DNA of 64,000 bases from Polyangiaceae bacterium (lineage in GTDB: Bacteria > Myxococcota_A > Polyangia > Polyangiales > Polyangiaceae): the NCBI GenBank assembly GCA_020846005.1, contig JADLEQ010000081.1, positions 8,783 through 72,782 on the forward strand. Direction: 5' to 3'. This document shows, one piece after another, positions 1 through 12,061 of the stretch. A program made the translations under genes and the position numbers. The stretch's first letter is position 1, and each line of letters opens with the position of its first letter. The notes under the pieces are model-generated. The model was not told the origin of the DNA, made no database searches, and worked only from the letters and a program-made list of their open reading frames with translations.

Positions 1-2135
1 AGCGCGACGTACCCGAGCGCCAAGAGCTGGTCGAGCTGCGCGCCGCGCGGCGGTACGAACGAGGTGCGCCCCTCCGGTGGCGTGATCCGCTGGCCGAACC
101 ACACCGTCGCGAGCGCCTCGCGGGCCTGGATCCGGCGCGCACCGAGCCCGCGCGGCAACCACACGACGTGCGCGCCGCAGCGCACCCCGCGGCGCTCGAG
201 CGCCGCGACGTCCGCTTCGCCGAGCGCGTCGAGCTGCGCGCGCGCCGCGCGGGCGCTCACGGTCCCGAGTCCGCCGGCGAGCTGGAAGGCCACGCCACGG
301 GCGGCCGGAGACAACGCGTCTTCGTCGACCCGGAGCCGGCCGAGGAGGTCGGCCGCGGCGTCGAGGGCGAACGCGCGGAGGCGCCGCTCGAGCCGCGCGC
401 GCGCCCCCGGGGGCCAAGGGCGCTCCACCGACACGGCGGCGCCGGGGCTCCAGATCTCGTGACCCCGCGTCAGGCGACCGAGCCGCACGTCTTCGATGGA
501 GATGGTGCCCGAGCCGTCGAGCCGGAAGTGTTCGTGGGGCGCGTCGACCAGCGCCTCGACCGTCGCGTCGGCCGGCGTCGGCGCCTCTCGCGCCGGCGCG
601 AGGGCGGCTCGCAGCGGGGCGAGCGCCGCGAAGGGGCTGCTCGGGTCGACCCGCACCGGGGCGGGCTGCGGCGCCCGGACGGTCGTGGTCCGCCCAGGCC
701 GCGTGCGCCGCGCCGCGCGCTTCGCGACGAACCGCGCCACCAGGCGATCGTGCAGCGCGTCGCTCAGTCGGTCCTCCACGGCGCGGGTCCGCTCCTGCCA
801 GTGGCGCGGATCCGCGAGCCAGCGCTCGCGGTGCGCGACATACGTGAACGTGCGGATCGCGGCCATCCGATCGATCAGCACGTCGAGGTCGCCCGCGGTG
901 TCGTCCAGCCGCGACACCTCGTGGTTGAGCCAGTCGGCCTCGAGCCGCGCGCGCGGGCCGCTCAGCTGATCGAAGATCGCCGCCACGAGCGCGACGTGCA
1001 CCTCCGGCAGCCGTTGCCGGAAGTCTGGGATGCTGCACGCCGCCCAGAGGAGCCGCACGGCGTCGGGCGAGCGAGCCCGGGCGCGCACCTCGGGGCGCTC
1101 GGCGAGCGCCGCGAGCGCCCCGAGATCCGAGGCCCGCTCCGGGAGCCGGAGCGCGGCGAGCTTGGGCGGCGCACGCAGGCTCGCGAGGAGCGCGTCGACG
1201 GAGGACGGGTCGAGCTCCGAGGAGCGCCAATACGCGCGCCGCTCGGGCGGAAACCGGTGCTCCTGCAGCGCGACGATCGCCGATGGGGGCAGCGGTGCCA
1301 GCGGCGCGAGCGTGCCGAACGTGCCGTCCCGCTGGTGGCGGCCGGCGCGCCCCGCGATCTGCGCGATCTCGGCCAGCGTCAGATCGCGCGCCCCGTGCCC
1401 GTCGAACTTCCGGAGATCCGCGAGGGCGACGTGGTCCACGTCGAGGTTGAGCCCCATCCCGATGGCGTCGGTCGCGACCAGCGCGTCGACCTCACCCGAC
1501 TGGTACAGCGCCACCTGCGCGTTGCGCGCGCGGGGGCTGAGCGCGCCGAGCACGACCGCGGCGCCGCCGCGGCGCGCGCGGATCCGCTCGGCCAGCTCGT
1601 AGACTCGCTCGGCGGAGAACGCCACGACCACGCTGCGCGGCGGCAGCGCGCCGAGCGAGGGCGTCTCGGCCCAGCTCAGGCGGGAGAGCCGCGGAAAGCT
1701 GCGCACCTCGGCGGCGGGGGCGAGCAGCGACAGCAGCGGACGGACCGTGTCCGCCCCGAGACACCACGTCTCGAGCCGCCCCCGCGCGTGGAGCAGGCGA
1801 TCCGTGAAGACATGCCCCCGCTCTGGGTGCGACAGGAGCTGAACCTCGTCCACCGCCACGAAGTCCACGTCGAGGTGCGTGGGCATCGCCTCGACGGTGC
1901 ACACCCAGTAGCGGGGGCGCGGCGGCACCCGGCGCTCCTCCCCGGTGACGAGCGCCACCGCCTGCTCGCCAACGCGCACGCTCAGGCGGTCGTAGATCTC
2001 GCGCGCGAGCAGCCGGAGCGGGACGCCCACCATGCCGCTCTCGTACGAGAGCATTCGCTCCACCGCGCGGTGCGTCTTGCCCGTGTTGGTGGGACCGAGG
2101 ACGGCCACGAGCGGCGCGCCCGGGGCGGACGACAT
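1..2135 (-). CDS. Suv3/SUPV3L1-like superfamily-2 helicase (partial; the 3' end runs off the window start)
   Basis: Absent from the ORF track because there is no in-window stop. My reverse-strand translation from ATG at 2135 gives MSSAPGAPLVAVLGPTNTGKTHRAVERMLSYESGMVGVPLRLLAREIYDRL (Walker A). It continues with VAVDEVQLL (DExQ box), ATDAIGMGLNLDV and AQIAGRAGRHQ (motif VI). The frame stays open to position 1. Confidence 0.75.
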   Translation of the reverse strand, partial: MSSAPGAPLVAVLGPTNTGKTHRAVERMLSYESGMVGVPLRLLAREIYDRLSVRVGEQAVALVTGEERRVPPRPRYWVCTVEAMPTHLDVDFVAVDEVQLLSHPERGHVFTDRLLHARGRLETWCLGADTVRPLLSLLAPAAEVRSFPRLSRLSWAETPSLGALPPRSVVVAFSAERVYELAERIRARRGGAAVVLGALSPRARNAQVALYQSGEVDALVATDAIGMGLNLDVDHVALADLRKFDGHGARDLTLAEIAQIAGRAGRHQRDGTFGTLAPLAPLPPSAIVALQEHRFPPERRAYWRSSELDPSSVDALLASLRAPPKLAALRLPERASDLGALAALAERPEVRARARSPDAVRLLWAACSIPDFRQRLPEVHVALVAAIFDQLSGPRARLEADWLNHEVSRLDDTAGDLDVLIDRMAAIRTFTYVAHRERWLADPRHWQERTRAVEDRLSDALHDRLVARFVAKRAARRTRPGRTTTVRAPQPAPVRVDPSSPFAALAPLRAALAPAREAPTPADATVEALVDAPHEHFRLDGSGTISIEDVRLGRLTRGHEIWSPGAAVSVERPWPPGARARLERRLRAFALDAAADLLGRLRVDEDALSPAARGVAFQLAGGLGTVSARAARAQLDALGEADVAALERRGVRCGAHVVWLPRGLGARRIQAREALATVWFGQRITPPEGRTSFVPPRGAQLDQLLALGYVA

Positions 2136-2205
2136 GCGTGCGTCGTAGCACCAGCGGGCGGCGGCGCCCTCACGTCACGCCCGCTGGGCGGGGCTCCGGC
2201 CCCGA

Positions 2206-3474
<1,269 letters not shown>

Positions 3475-3678
3475 GTTCTCTCCGGATCATGCGCGCGGTT
3501 CATGCGCGGGGTCGTCTGCGGGCTGGATCTGTAGGCTGCGCCTGTCGGGCCGAGCGCGAGGCGCGCGGCCTCCCTCCTTGGTACCACGAGTCCGTCTCCC
3601 TTCGCAGCCTCGCGGCGGGCTGGTATCCTCCGGCTTCGTGCGCGTTCCATGCCGCTCGCGCCGGGAGTCGAGCGCGGG

Positions 3679-3999
3679 ATGAAGGTCGGCGCCGGGGCGA
3701 GGCGCCTGCTCGGCGCCCTGGGGCTCGTGGCGCTGGCGGCCCTGGCCGTGTCGGTCGCGGCGGGGGGGGGCCCGCGCCGGCGGTCGGCGGTCGATCTGTG
3801 TCGCGAGATCCGCCCGGGTTCGCAGCTCCTCGAGGTCGTCGCGGGGGCGAGGGCGGCGGGGCTGGATGTCGTGGACGGCGACGGCGCGCCGCCCGGGACG
3901 GTGCTCCTCTGGACCGGGGAGGCGCCGTGGCGGCGCTTCTGTGTCGTGCGCCACCGGGGCGGCCAGGTGACGGCCGCGGAGGAGGCCGGGGACCCGTGA
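3679..3999 (+). CDS. Hypothetical small secreted or membrane-anchored protein
   Basis: Internal ATG of ORF 3649..3999 (MKVGAGARRLLGALGLVALAALAVSVAAGG is a signal/TM-like N-terminus). GC3 is very high in this frame. I recognise no family. Confidence 0.45.
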   Translation: MKVGAGARRLLGALGLVALAALAVSVAAGGGPRRRSAVDLCREIRPGSQLLEVVAGARAAGLDVVDGDGAPPGTVLLWTGEAPWRRFCVVRHRGGQVTAAEEAGDP

Positions 4000-4005
4000 C
4001 CGGGT

Positions 4006-4266
4006 TCAGGCGTCCCAGGGGTCGGGGTCATCGGCGGCGAGGCACGGGAGCCCGGGGGGCCGTCGGCTCGTCGGGCGTCGTGACGCGGCGAGCTCTCGGA
4101 TCGCCGCCTCGAGTCGCGCCTCGACCGCGGGGTCGTCGAGCTCCGGGAGGATGGTCTCCGGCACGAGCCGGGCCCGGAGGATCAGGCGGGAGAGGACGAA
4201 GCTCCGGTCGGTGCCGTTGTAGGCGGCCAGGAACTCCGAGACGAGCTGGTGGGCGCGGCCTCTCAT
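4006..4266 (-). CDS. Hypothetical small protein (86 aa)
   Basis: C-terminal part of the long ORF 4006..6138. Only the last 86 aa (MRGRAHQLVSEFLAAYNGTDRSFVLSRLILRARLVPETILPELDDPAVEARLEAAIRELA...) look protein-like. The upstream part is Arg/Pro-rich shadow sequence. Confidence 0.35.
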   Translation of the reverse strand: MRGRAHQLVSEFLAAYNGTDRSFVLSRLILRARLVPETILPELDDPAVEARLEAAIRELAASRRPTSRRPPGLPCLAADDPDPWDA

Positions 4267-4416
4267 GGGTGCTCTCGGTCGAGGCATATGGACTCGGCCG
4301 GTGGCGGGCGAGTGGGGAGCCCGCGGCGCCCGAGTGAACTCTCGCCGGGGTCCGCCGCGCCGCGCGAGGCAAGCGCGGCTTGCGCGCCAGCGGAAGGTGG
4401 CTAGGTTCCCGCCCTC

Positions 4417-4656
4417 ATGAGCGTAGCCGTTGGCGTGCTGGTCGCCGTCGTGGCGTGGCAGGTGTGGATGACGGTCCGCGTGCTGCGGAGCGACCTCTTC
4501 GAGCGGGAGCAGCGCCTCTGGCAAGCGCGCCTCATCTGGCTGCTGCCGGTGGTGGGCGCCGCCTTCGTCTTCGCGCTGCTGAAGGACGAAGAAGAGTCGG
4601 CTCGCCGCTGGGGCGCCCTCGCGCGGGAGAAGCCCGCGGACGAGCGGCGGGGGTGA
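4417..4656 (+). CDS. Small two-TM membrane protein
   Basis: 79 aa with two hydrophobic helices (VAVGVLVAVVAWQVWMTV and LIWLLPVVGAAFVFALL). It ends 3 nt before the next CDS. Confidence 0.5.
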   Translation: MSVAVGVLVAVVAWQVWMTVRVLRSDLFEREQRLWQARLIWLLPVVGAAFVFALLKDEEESARRWGALAREKPADERRG

Positions 4657-4659
4657 GCC

Positions 4660-5811
4660 GTGCGGTGGGTGGCGCTCGGCGTCGTCGCTGTCGCCGCCTG
4701 CGCGCCAGCGCCACCCGCGGCCCCGGCGCGCGCGGCCGGCGGCGCGACCTCCCCGCTCGCCGCCCCGCCGAGCGACGCCTCGCCGCCCGCTGCGCCGAGT
4801 GAAGCGCGCGCCGCTTCGAGTCCTCCCGGGTCCCGGTGGCGGAAGGGCCAGCTCCACGTCCACTCCAGCGGGTCTTACGACGCCCACACGCCGGCGGCGG
4901 AGGTGCTGCGCTTCTACGCCGAGCGCGGCTACGACTTCGTCGCGATCACCGACCACAACCGCGTGACGCGCCCGCCGGAGGGCGCGGTGCCGCCGGGGCT
5001 CGTCTTCGTGTCCGGCGTCGAGCTCACGCAGAACTCGGAGGACTGCGAGCCTGCGCCGGCGCCCGGGTACCGGTGCCTCTTCCACACGACGGCGCTGTTC
5101 GTCGACCCGGAGCGCGACCCGGCGCGGGGCGAGCGGTTCACGCCGCGGTTCCGCCCCGCCCGGCGCGAGGCGTACGGCGCCCACCTCGCGCTCGCCGCTG
5201 GGCTGGGCGGCGTCGCCGTGGTGAACCACCCGGCGTTCCATTTCGCTGCGGACGCGCCGCTCCTGGCCGGCCTCGCCCGCGAGGGACTCCGCCTCGTCGA
5301 GCTCTTCAACGCGAGCCTCGACCAACAGCACCCCGCCGATCGCGACGCAGCCGAGGACCGCGCGGAGGCGCTGTGGGACGCGACGCTGTCGACGGGCGCG
5401 CGGGTGTACGGCCTCGCGACCGACGACGCGCACCATTTCTCGGACGCCGGGGAGCGCCGCCGCCAGGGCAAGTTCGCCTACGTCGGGGACCGGGCCTGGG
5501 TGATGGTCGAGGCCGCGAAGGAGCTCGGCGCGCTGCGGCAGGCGCTCCTCGACGGGCGCTTCCACGCGTCGACCGGCGTCGAGCTCACGCGAGACGAGCG
5601 GAGCCGTGAGCTCGTGCAGGTCGCCGTGCGGCCGGTCCCCGGGAGGTCTACGACGATCCGGTTCGTCGGCCGCGGCGGGCGCGTGCTCTCCGAGGTGGTC
5701 GCCGCCGAGGCGACCTACGCGCCGGTCGGCGACGAGCGCTACGTGCGCGTCGTCGTCGAGCGCGACGACGGCGCCAAGGCGTGGACACAGCCGCTGCTCC
5801 TCGGGGACTGA
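4660..5811 (+). CDS. PHP-domain (CehA/McbA-like) metal-dependent phosphoesterase, probable lipoprotein
   Basis: GTG start. The signal plus Cys is MRWVALGVVAVAAC. PHP-type motifs are present: GQLHVHSSGSYDAH, YDFVAITDHN, VVNHPAF and GLATDDAHH. Confidence 0.7.
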   Translation: MRWVALGVVAVAACAPAPPAAPARAAGGATSPLAAPPSDASPPAAPSEARAASSPPGSRWRKGQLHVHSSGSYDAHTPAAEVLRFYAERGYDFVAITDHNRVTRPPEGAVPPGLVFVSGVELTQNSEDCEPAPAPGYRCLFHTTALFVDPERDPARGERFTPRFRPARREAYGAHLALAAGLGGVAVVNHPAFHFAADAPLLAGLAREGLRLVELFNASLDQQHPADRDAAEDRAEALWDATLSTGARVYGLATDDAHHFSDAGERRRQGKFAYVGDRAWVMVEAAKELGALRQALLDGRFHASTGVELTRDERSRELVQVAVRPVPGRSTTIRFVGRGGRVLSEVVAAEATYAPVGDERYVRVVVERDDGAKAWTQPLLLGD

Positions 5812-5902
5812 GCCGCCGGCGCGCGCCGCCGAAGCCGACGAGGGCGCGCCGCGCTCGCCCCCGCCGTGGGCGCCGCGCCACCGCGCTCGCTCCGGTGCCG
5901 GC

Positions 5903-7690
5903 TCAGCGCCCGAGGCGTCTCCCCAGCCAGTAGGCGCCGCGGTAGTCGTTCGAGGGCAGCAGCCCGGCGCCGCTCCCGCCGCCGTTGGGCTGGTAGGGGT
6001 TGGTGCGCCAAGTGTAGTTGCTCGGGGGTCGGATGCGCATCGGGACGGGGACGGCCGCCACGAGCGCGCCGCCCCGGCCGGGCTCGGCGAGCAGGGGGAG
6101 GGGGGTACCGTCGAGGCCGACGCAGGCGAGCGCGGCAATCTCGGCGGTGTCGCAGTTCTCGCGGGCGGTGTCCCAGGCGGGAGCGGGGGACCACTCGTGC
6201 AGCGTCTCCAGGCCGCGCGCGAGGGCTGCGTCGTCCGGAGCGCCGACCGGCGGCGCCCACGCCGTCTCGCCGAGCCCGGCGGCCACGTGGACGAGATCGA
6301 AGAACGTCTGGCGCTGCTCCGCCGGCTGGCGATCGCGCTCCGGTCGCGCGTAGAGCGCGCCGGACACGGCCTCGCGGGCGACGTCGCGAGCGTCGTCCAG
6401 GCAAAGATAGCGCGTCGCGAGCAGCCCCGCGGTGAACGCCATGTTGTAGCTGGAGAAGTTCGAGTCCACGCCGAGATCCACGCCGAGCATCTCGTCTCGG
6501 GCCATCTCGTGGAGGCGGCGGGTCGCGACGAGGTCGTCGGCGAGCCACGCGTCGAGGCCCGGATCGTCCGCGATCCACGCGAGCGCGCCGACGATGCCGA
6601 GCGCCATGAGCGCGTTGAAGCCGTTCTTCACGCCGGCGAGGTACGCGCGGTCGATCGACTCGTGGTGCAAGATGCCGTGGTAGGTGCGGCGGCCATCCGC
6701 GTCCCAGATCTCGAGATCGTAGCCGCTCTCCCGGACGACGCGGAGCGAATCGGCGAGGGCGCGAGCGTCCGCCCGGAGGCGGTCCCGCGCGGAGGCGGCG
6801 AACGTGTCGTCGTCCCGGATCGCCTCCCACGCCGCCGCGAAGCCGAGCACCCAGCCGACGAGCATGTCGCGGCTGCAGGAGTCCTCCCAGATCTGGTCCG
6901 GGTACTCGCCGGACACGTCCTCGCGCCAGGTGCCGTTCGTCTTCTCGGCGGGGTACGGGGCGCCGCTCGCGTCCTCGAGCGGCTCGGTCGCCGCCTCGCC
7001 CGCGCCGGGGAGCGAACGCCGCGCGAAGCCGCGCGCGATGACGCCCGGCGTGCCGGTGATCGCCACGGCGAGGTGCAGCGCGTCGAGGTCGAGCGCGAGG
7101 TGCTGGCGGGCGCGCTCGACCTCGGCGCATTCCGCACCTTCGTCCCGCAGCACGGCGTAGCGCCAGGCGTCGGCCGCGACGCCGACGCCGGCGTAGAGCC
7201 CGGCGACCTTCTCGAAGCGCGTGACGAGCTCCGTCACCGGCCTCCCGGTCCCCGCGCTGGCGTCCCAGCCGTCACTGTCCCGGATGAACGTCTCGACGAG
7301 CGCGCGGTGGGCGGCGTCCTCGATCGAGACGCCGGCGTTCACGTCGACGCCGTGGGCGTTGATCGCGTGAAACGCGCGGTCGAAGCGCCGGGCCTCGGCG
7401 GCCAGCGTGGCGTCGTGCGCGGGCGCGCCCGGCCCCGCGATCACGGTCGAGCGCGCCGTCGGCGTCCCGCACGCGGGGGGGGGCGAGGTGCGCGCGACCC
7501 GGCAGGCGAGCGGGCCCGCGTCCTGCAGCCGGCCGTCGGCCGGCGGCGCGTCGACCGCGCCCGTGTCGTTCGCGCCAGCGTCCTTCGGCGCGCCGCCGGG
7601 CGCGCCCTCCGGGTCGCCGCAGGCGACCGCCAGCGCGAGCGCGAACGCGACGGCGGCGCCGAGCGCGGGGGTGGATCGAGGCGCGAGCAT
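5903..7690 (-). CDS. Hypothetical lipoprotein (595 aa)
   Basis: Internal ATG of ORF 5903..8332 gives MLAPRSTPALGAAVAFALALAVACGD (lipobox). The rest has balanced, helix-rich composition. The part of the ORF upstream of this ATG is shadow sequence. Confidence 0.7.
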   Translation of the reverse strand: MLAPRSTPALGAAVAFALALAVACGDPEGAPGGAPKDAGANDTGAVDAPPADGRLQDAGPLACRVARTSPPPACGTPTARSTVIAGPGAPAHDATLAAEARRFDRAFHAINAHGVDVNAGVSIEDAAHRALVETFIRDSDGWDASAGTGRPVTELVTRFEKVAGLYAGVGVAADAWRYAVLRDEGAECAEVERARQHLALDLDALHLAVAITGTPGVIARGFARRSLPGAGEAATEPLEDASGAPYPAEKTNGTWREDVSGEYPDQIWEDSCSRDMLVGWVLGFAAAWEAIRDDDTFAASARDRLRADARALADSLRVVRESGYDLEIWDADGRRTYHGILHHESIDRAYLAGVKNGFNALMALGIVGALAWIADDPGLDAWLADDLVATRRLHEMARDEMLGVDLGVDSNFSSYNMAFTAGLLATRYLCLDDARDVAREAVSGALYARPERDRQPAEQRQTFFDLVHVAAGLGETAWAPPVGAPDDAALARGLETLHEWSPAPAWDTARENCDTAEIAALACVGLDGTPLPLLAEPGRGGALVAAVPVPMRIRPPSNYTWRTNPYQPNGGGSGAGLLPSNDYRGAYWLGRRLGR

Positions 7691-7792
7691 GGGAGAGAGC
7701 GTACCCGAAGTCGTCCCGGCCGGTCCTGCCGGGCTCGGCGCCCGCTGCACGAAAGTGGGCCGGCGGCGGCGGGATCGCGTAGCCCCTCCGCG

Positions 7793-9409
7793 ATGGACGC
7801 TCCCCGGCGAGCTCATGGTCGGGTCCTCGTCGCGGCCGCGGCGCTGCTCGGCTGCGCCTGCGGGAGGGGCAGCGCGGGGGACGTCCCGGGGGCGGCCAAA
7901 GTCGCCCCCGAGAACGGCGGCGTCAGGGTCGCTGCCGAGGAGGACTGGAGCCAGGTGCCCGTGCCGGCCGAGGACGGGCCGAAGCTCGCGCCCGTGGTGA
8001 TGAAGGCGCCCATCTACGCGAAGCCGGACCAGCAGACGCAGCCCGTCGGCTACCTGCGCGCCGGCGCTCGCGTCGCGCGATCGGCGGAGCCGGTCTCCCG
8101 GCGGGACTGCCCCGACGGCTGGTACGCCATCCGTCCCTACGGGTTCGTGTGTGTCGGCCCCGAGGCCACGGTCAAGCTCGACCACCCCGTCGCTCGCGCG
8201 ATGACCCGGGAGCCGGATCGGTCGAAGGCGATGCCCTACCCGTACGCCTTCGTCCGCGCGATCGCCCCGAACTACATGCGCGTCCCGACGAAGGCCGAGC
8301 AGTTCCAGTACGAGATGCGCCTCGAGCGGCACCTACGGAACTGGGAGAAGCTCCGCGCGAAGTGGGATGACCTCGACGTGGGCGCGAACGACGTGCCCCT
8401 CGACGAGCGCGGGCACGGCGCCGACCAGATCCCGGAGCACGCCCTCCCGATGGACCAGAGCCAGCGGTTTGGCGGAGACGGCAAGGACGAGATCCCGTGG
8501 TGGCTCGTCGGCGAGCGGCGGATCCCGAACCTGTCGTCGTTCCGGGCGCCGCCGTACGCGGTGATCGCCAACCGGATCAAGCGCCACGCGGGGCTCGCGC
8601 TGATCGGGACCTTCGTCGCGGGGCCCGAGGCGCAGCACCGGCGGTTCGCGATCAGCGCGGACGCCCGGCTCGTGCCCGCCGACAAGCTCAAGGCCGACAG
8701 CGGCTCGCCGTTCCACGGCCACTCGATCCGGGAGTCCGGCCTCCCCGTCGCGTTCGCGCGCAGGGCCGGCGCGACGTGGTGGGAGCTGCGCGAGGGACGC
8801 CTTGCGCGCGGCGAGCGGCTCGGCTGGCGGGAGTTCATCGAGCTCACGGGCACCGTGAAGATGCTCGAGGGCGTCCGCATGGTGGAGGCGCGGAACGGCA
8901 AGTGGCTCCGCTCCGAGGACCTCAAGGTCGCGGCGAAGCCGAGCAAGGTGCCCTCGTGGGCGCGGGGGAAGCGCCGCTGGATCGAGATCGGGATCGTGAG
9001 CCAGACGCTCGTCCTCTGGGAGGGCGACCGCCCCGTGTACGCGACGCTCGTCTCCACCGGCAAGGACGGCCTGCCGGTCGAGGGCAAGAAGGGCTACACG
9101 ACGCCGCTCGGCACGTTCAACATCTACCAGAAGCACGTCACCACCACGATGGACAGCGAGGAGTCGGACCACGAGTTCGAGCTCCGCGACGTGCCGTGGG
9201 TGATGTACTTCAAGGGGGGCTACGCCCTCCACGCGGCGTACTGGCACGACGACTTCGGCCGGGTGCGCTCGCATGGGTGCGTGAACATCGCCCCCATCGA
9301 CGCGCGCGTGATCTTCGAGTTCTCGACGCCCCAGGTGCCCGCGCACTGGCACGCGGCGTACGTCGCCGAGGCGACGGAGCCCGGGACGATCGTCCACATC
9401 CGCCCGTGA
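7793..9409 (+). CDS. L,D-transpeptidase (YkuD domain) lipoprotein
   Basis: Internal ATG of ORF 5606..9409 gives [23 protein letters not shown] (lipobox). The C-terminal YkuD signature is [29 protein letters not shown]...GTFNIYQKH...[27 protein letters not shown]. Confidence 0.8.
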   Translation: MDAPRRAHGRVLVAAAALLGCACGRGSAGDVPGAAKVAPENGGVRVAAEEDWSQVPVPAEDGPKLAPVVMKAPIYAKPDQQTQPVGYLRAGARVARSAEPVSRRDCPDGWYAIRPYGFVCVGPEATVKLDHPVARAMTREPDRSKAMPYPYAFVRAIAPNYMRVPTKAEQFQYEMRLERHLRNWEKLRAKWDDLDVGANDVPLDERGHGADQIPEHALPMDQSQRFGGDGKDEIPWWLVGERRIPNLSSFRAPPYAVIANRIKRHAGLALIGTFVAGPEAQHRRFAISADARLVPADKLKADSGSPFHGHSIRESGLPVAFARRAGATWWELREGRLARGERLGWREFIELTGTVKMLEGVRMVEARNGKWLRSEDLKVAAKPSKVPSWARGKRRWIEIGIVSQTLVLWEGDRPVYATLVSTGKDGLPVEGKKGYTTPLGTFNIYQKHVTTTMDSEESDHEFELRDVPWVMYFKGGYALHAAYWHDDFGRVRSHGCVNIAPIDARVIFEFSTPQVPAHWHAAYVAEATEPGTIVHIRP

Positions 9410-9512
9410 GCTGCGGCGCTCCCCAGGCAGCGCGCCTCGCCCCCGCCGAGCGCCGCCGGGGAGGGCCCGTCGCCCGGGCGAGGTCGAATCGCCCCGCGTT
9501 CGTCGCGCGGGC

Positions 9513-10769
9513 GTGCGAGAATCCGCCGCGATGAGTCGTCGCCCTCAGGTGCTCGGAGTCGTCCTCGCAGGGGGCATCGGCCAGCGGCTCTGGCCGCTCA
9601 CGCGCGAACGGGCGAAGCCCGCGGTGCCGTTCGGCGCCGTCTACCGGTTGGTCGACTTCGCGTTGTCCAACCTCGTGAACGGTGGCTGCCTGCGCATCGC
9701 GGTGCTGACGCAGTACAAGAGCCACAGCCTGGATCGCCACCTCGCGCAGAACTGGCGCATGGCCCCGCTGCTCGGCCACTACGTGATGAGCGTTCCCGCC
9801 CAGATGCGAAGCGGCAAGCGCTGGTTCGAGGGCTCGGCGGACGCCATCTTCCAGAACTTGAACCTCATCCGCGACGAGGATCCGGACTACATCTGCGTGT
9901 TCGGCGCCGATCACATCTACCGGATGGACCCGGAGCAGATGCTCGCCGCCCACATCGAGTCCGGCGCGGGGGTCACCGTGGCGGGGATCCGCGTGCCGCG
10001 CGCGGAGGCGAGCCGGTTCGGGATCCTCCAGCCCGGCGAGGGCCGCCTCATCACGGGTTTCCACGAGAAGCCGGCGGAGGCCGCGGGGCTGCCGGACGCT
10101 CCCGACCAGGCGCTCGCGTCCATGGGCAACTACGTCTTCACGACGAGGACGCTCATCGACGCCGTGCGGGCGGACGCCGAGCGCACGGACAGCCAGCACG
10201 ACATGGGCGGGGACGTCGTGACGCGGCTGGTGGAGAAGGGCGACGCAGCCTGGTACGACTTCGCCGAGAACCGCATCCCGGGCGCCACCGAGCGCGACGC
10301 CGGGTACTGGCGGGACGTGGGCACGCTCGACGCCTACTACGAGGCGCAGATGGACCTCATCAGCGTGCACCCCATCTTCAACCTCTACAACCGACAGTGG
10401 CCGATCCACACCGCCACGCGAGATCTGCCGCCGGCGAAGTTCGTCTTCGACGAGGAGGGGCGGCGCGGGTACGCGGTCGACTCCATGGTGGCCGCCGGCG
10501 TGATCGTCTCTGGCGCGACCGTCCGCCGGAGCGTCGTGTCGCCGGGCGTGATCGTGCACGCGAGGGCGGTCGTCGAGGACAGCGTGCTGCTCGACGACGT
10601 CGACGTAGGGGGCGGGGCGGTCGTGCGCCGCGCCATCCTCGACAAGGGCGTGCGCATCCCGCCGGGCGCGCGTATCGGTGTGGACGTCGAGCAGGATCGC
10701 GCGCGCGGCCTCACCGTGAGCGAGGAGGGGGTCGTCGTCGTCGGCAAGGGGGACGAGGTGCGCGCGTGA
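9513..10769 (+). CDS. glgC: Glucose-1-phosphate adenylyltransferase
   Basis: [46 protein letters not shown], followed by a left-handed beta-helix C-terminus. The start may instead be the ATG at 9531 (MSRRPQ). Confidence 0.92.
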   Translation: MRESAAMSRRPQVLGVVLAGGIGQRLWPLTRERAKPAVPFGAVYRLVDFALSNLVNGGCLRIAVLTQYKSHSLDRHLAQNWRMAPLLGHYVMSVPAQMRSGKRWFEGSADAIFQNLNLIRDEDPDYICVFGADHIYRMDPEQMLAAHIESGAGVTVAGIRVPRAEASRFGILQPGEGRLITGFHEKPAEAAGLPDAPDQALASMGNYVFTTRTLIDAVRADAERTDSQHDMGGDVVTRLVEKGDAAWYDFAENRIPGATERDAGYWRDVGTLDAYYEAQMDLISVHPIFNLYNRQWPIHTATRDLPPAKFVFDEEGRRGYAVDSMVAAGVIVSGATVRRSVVSPGVIVHARAVVEDSVLLDDVDVGGGAVVRRAILDKGVRIPPGARIGVDVEQDRARGLTVSEEGVVVVGKGDEVRA

Positions 10770-12034
10770 CGGCGCCGGGCGCCGAGGCGCTGCGGGTCGC
10801 GCTCGTCACCCGGGAGTATCCGCCCGAGGTGTATGGCGGCGCCGGAGTGCACGTCGAGCATTTGGCGGCGGAACTCCGCGCGTGGGTGGATCTCCGGGTC
10901 CACTGCTTCGGCGCGCCGCGTGAGGGGGCGAACGTGCGCGCGCATCGGGTCGAGCTGGTGGATTCGGGCGTCTCGGCGCTCGAGGGCCCGGCGCCCCACC
11001 TCGCCGCGCTCCGCACGGTCGCCCACGACGTCGCCATCGCGGCCTGCCTCCACGGCGCGGAGATCGTCCACTCGCACACCTGGTACGCCAACCTCGCGGG
11101 GCACCTGGCGAAGCTCGTGCACGGCGCGCGCCACGTGATGACCTCGCACAGTCTGGAGCCGCTCCGCCCCTGGAAGCGCGAGCAGCTCGCCGGAGGATAT
11201 GAGCTCTCGTCGTTCTGCGAGCGGGTCGCCATCGAGGCCGCGGACGCCGTCATCGCGGTGTCCGAGGGCATGCGGGCGGACATCCTGCGCGCGTACCCCC
11301 AGGTGGATCCGGGGCGCGTCGTGGTGATCCACAACGGCGTGGACCCGAGCGTCTTCTCCCCCGATCCGGGCCGCGAGGTGCTCGCCGCGCACGGGCTCGA
11401 GCCCGGCTATGCGCTGTTCGTCGGGCGCGTGACGCGGCAGAAGGGCATCCTCCACTTGGTGCACGCGGCGCGGCACCTGCCGACCTCGGCGCACCTCGTG
11501 CTCTGCGCAGGGGATCCCGACACCCCTGCGATGGCCGCGGAGCTGCGGCGCGCGCTCGCCGCGGCCCAGGGCGGCGCGCGGCTCACGGTGATCGAGGGGA
11601 TGCTGCCGCGGGCGGCGCTCGTCCAGCTCGTGTCGCACGCCGCGGTGTTCGTCTGCCCGAGCGTGTACGAGCCGTTCGGGATCGTGAACCTCGAGGCGAT
11701 GGGGTGCGGCGTCCCGGTAGTCGCGTCGCGGGTAGGGGGGATCCCGGAGGTCGTCGCGCACGGCGAGACGGGCTGGCTGGTGGACCTCGAGGCGGACGGC
11801 ACCGCCAGCGGCGAGCCCCGCGATCCGGAGGCGTTCGCACGCGGGCTCGCCGCCGCCATCGCGCGCGTGCTCGCCGATCCGGCGGGGGCGCGAGAGCTCG
11901 GTCGGCAGGGGCGCCGCCGCGTGGAGGAGCGGTTCACCTGGGCGGCCGTGGCGCGCGAGACGGCCGCGCTCTACCGGCGCGTCGCCGCCGAGCGGGGTGG
12001 CGCTCTGCGCGCCCCCGCTCGCGCGGACCCGTGA
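10766..12034 (+). CDS. glgA: Glycogen synthase (GT4-type, ADP-glucose dependent)
   Basis: GTG at 10766 overlaps the glgC stop (GTGA). The sequence is [37 protein letters not shown]...[11 protein letters not shown]...[33 protein letters not shown] (GT-B E-x7-E region). Confidence 0.85.
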   Translation: MTAPGAEALRVALVTREYPPEVYGGAGVHVEHLAAELRAWVDLRVHCFGAPREGANVRAHRVELVDSGVSALEGPAPHLAALRTVAHDVAIAACLHGAEIVHSHTWYANLAGHLAKLVHGARHVMTSHSLEPLRPWKREQLAGGYELSSFCERVAIEAADAVIAVSEGMRADILRAYPQVDPGRVVVIHNGVDPSVFSPDPGREVLAAHGLEPGYALFVGRVTRQKGILHLVHAARHLPTSAHLVLCAGDPDTPAMAAELRRALAAAQGGARLTVIEGMLPRAALVQLVSHAAVFVCPSVYEPFGIVNLEAMGCGVPVVASRVGGIPEVVAHGETGWLVDLEADGTASGEPRDPEAFARGLAAAIARVLADPAGARELGRQGRRRVEERFTWAAVARETAALYRRVAAERGGALRAPARADP

Positions 12035-12061
12035 GCGGAGACCGAAGCGGCTCCGCGCCTC

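Noticed and set aside
5606-7792. N-terminal 729 codons of the 1267-aa ORF 5606..9409
   Set aside because: This part is Arg/Gly/Ala-rich and antisense to the well-formed lipoprotein gene 5903..7690. Only the part from ATG 7793 (lipobox plus YkuD domain) looks real.
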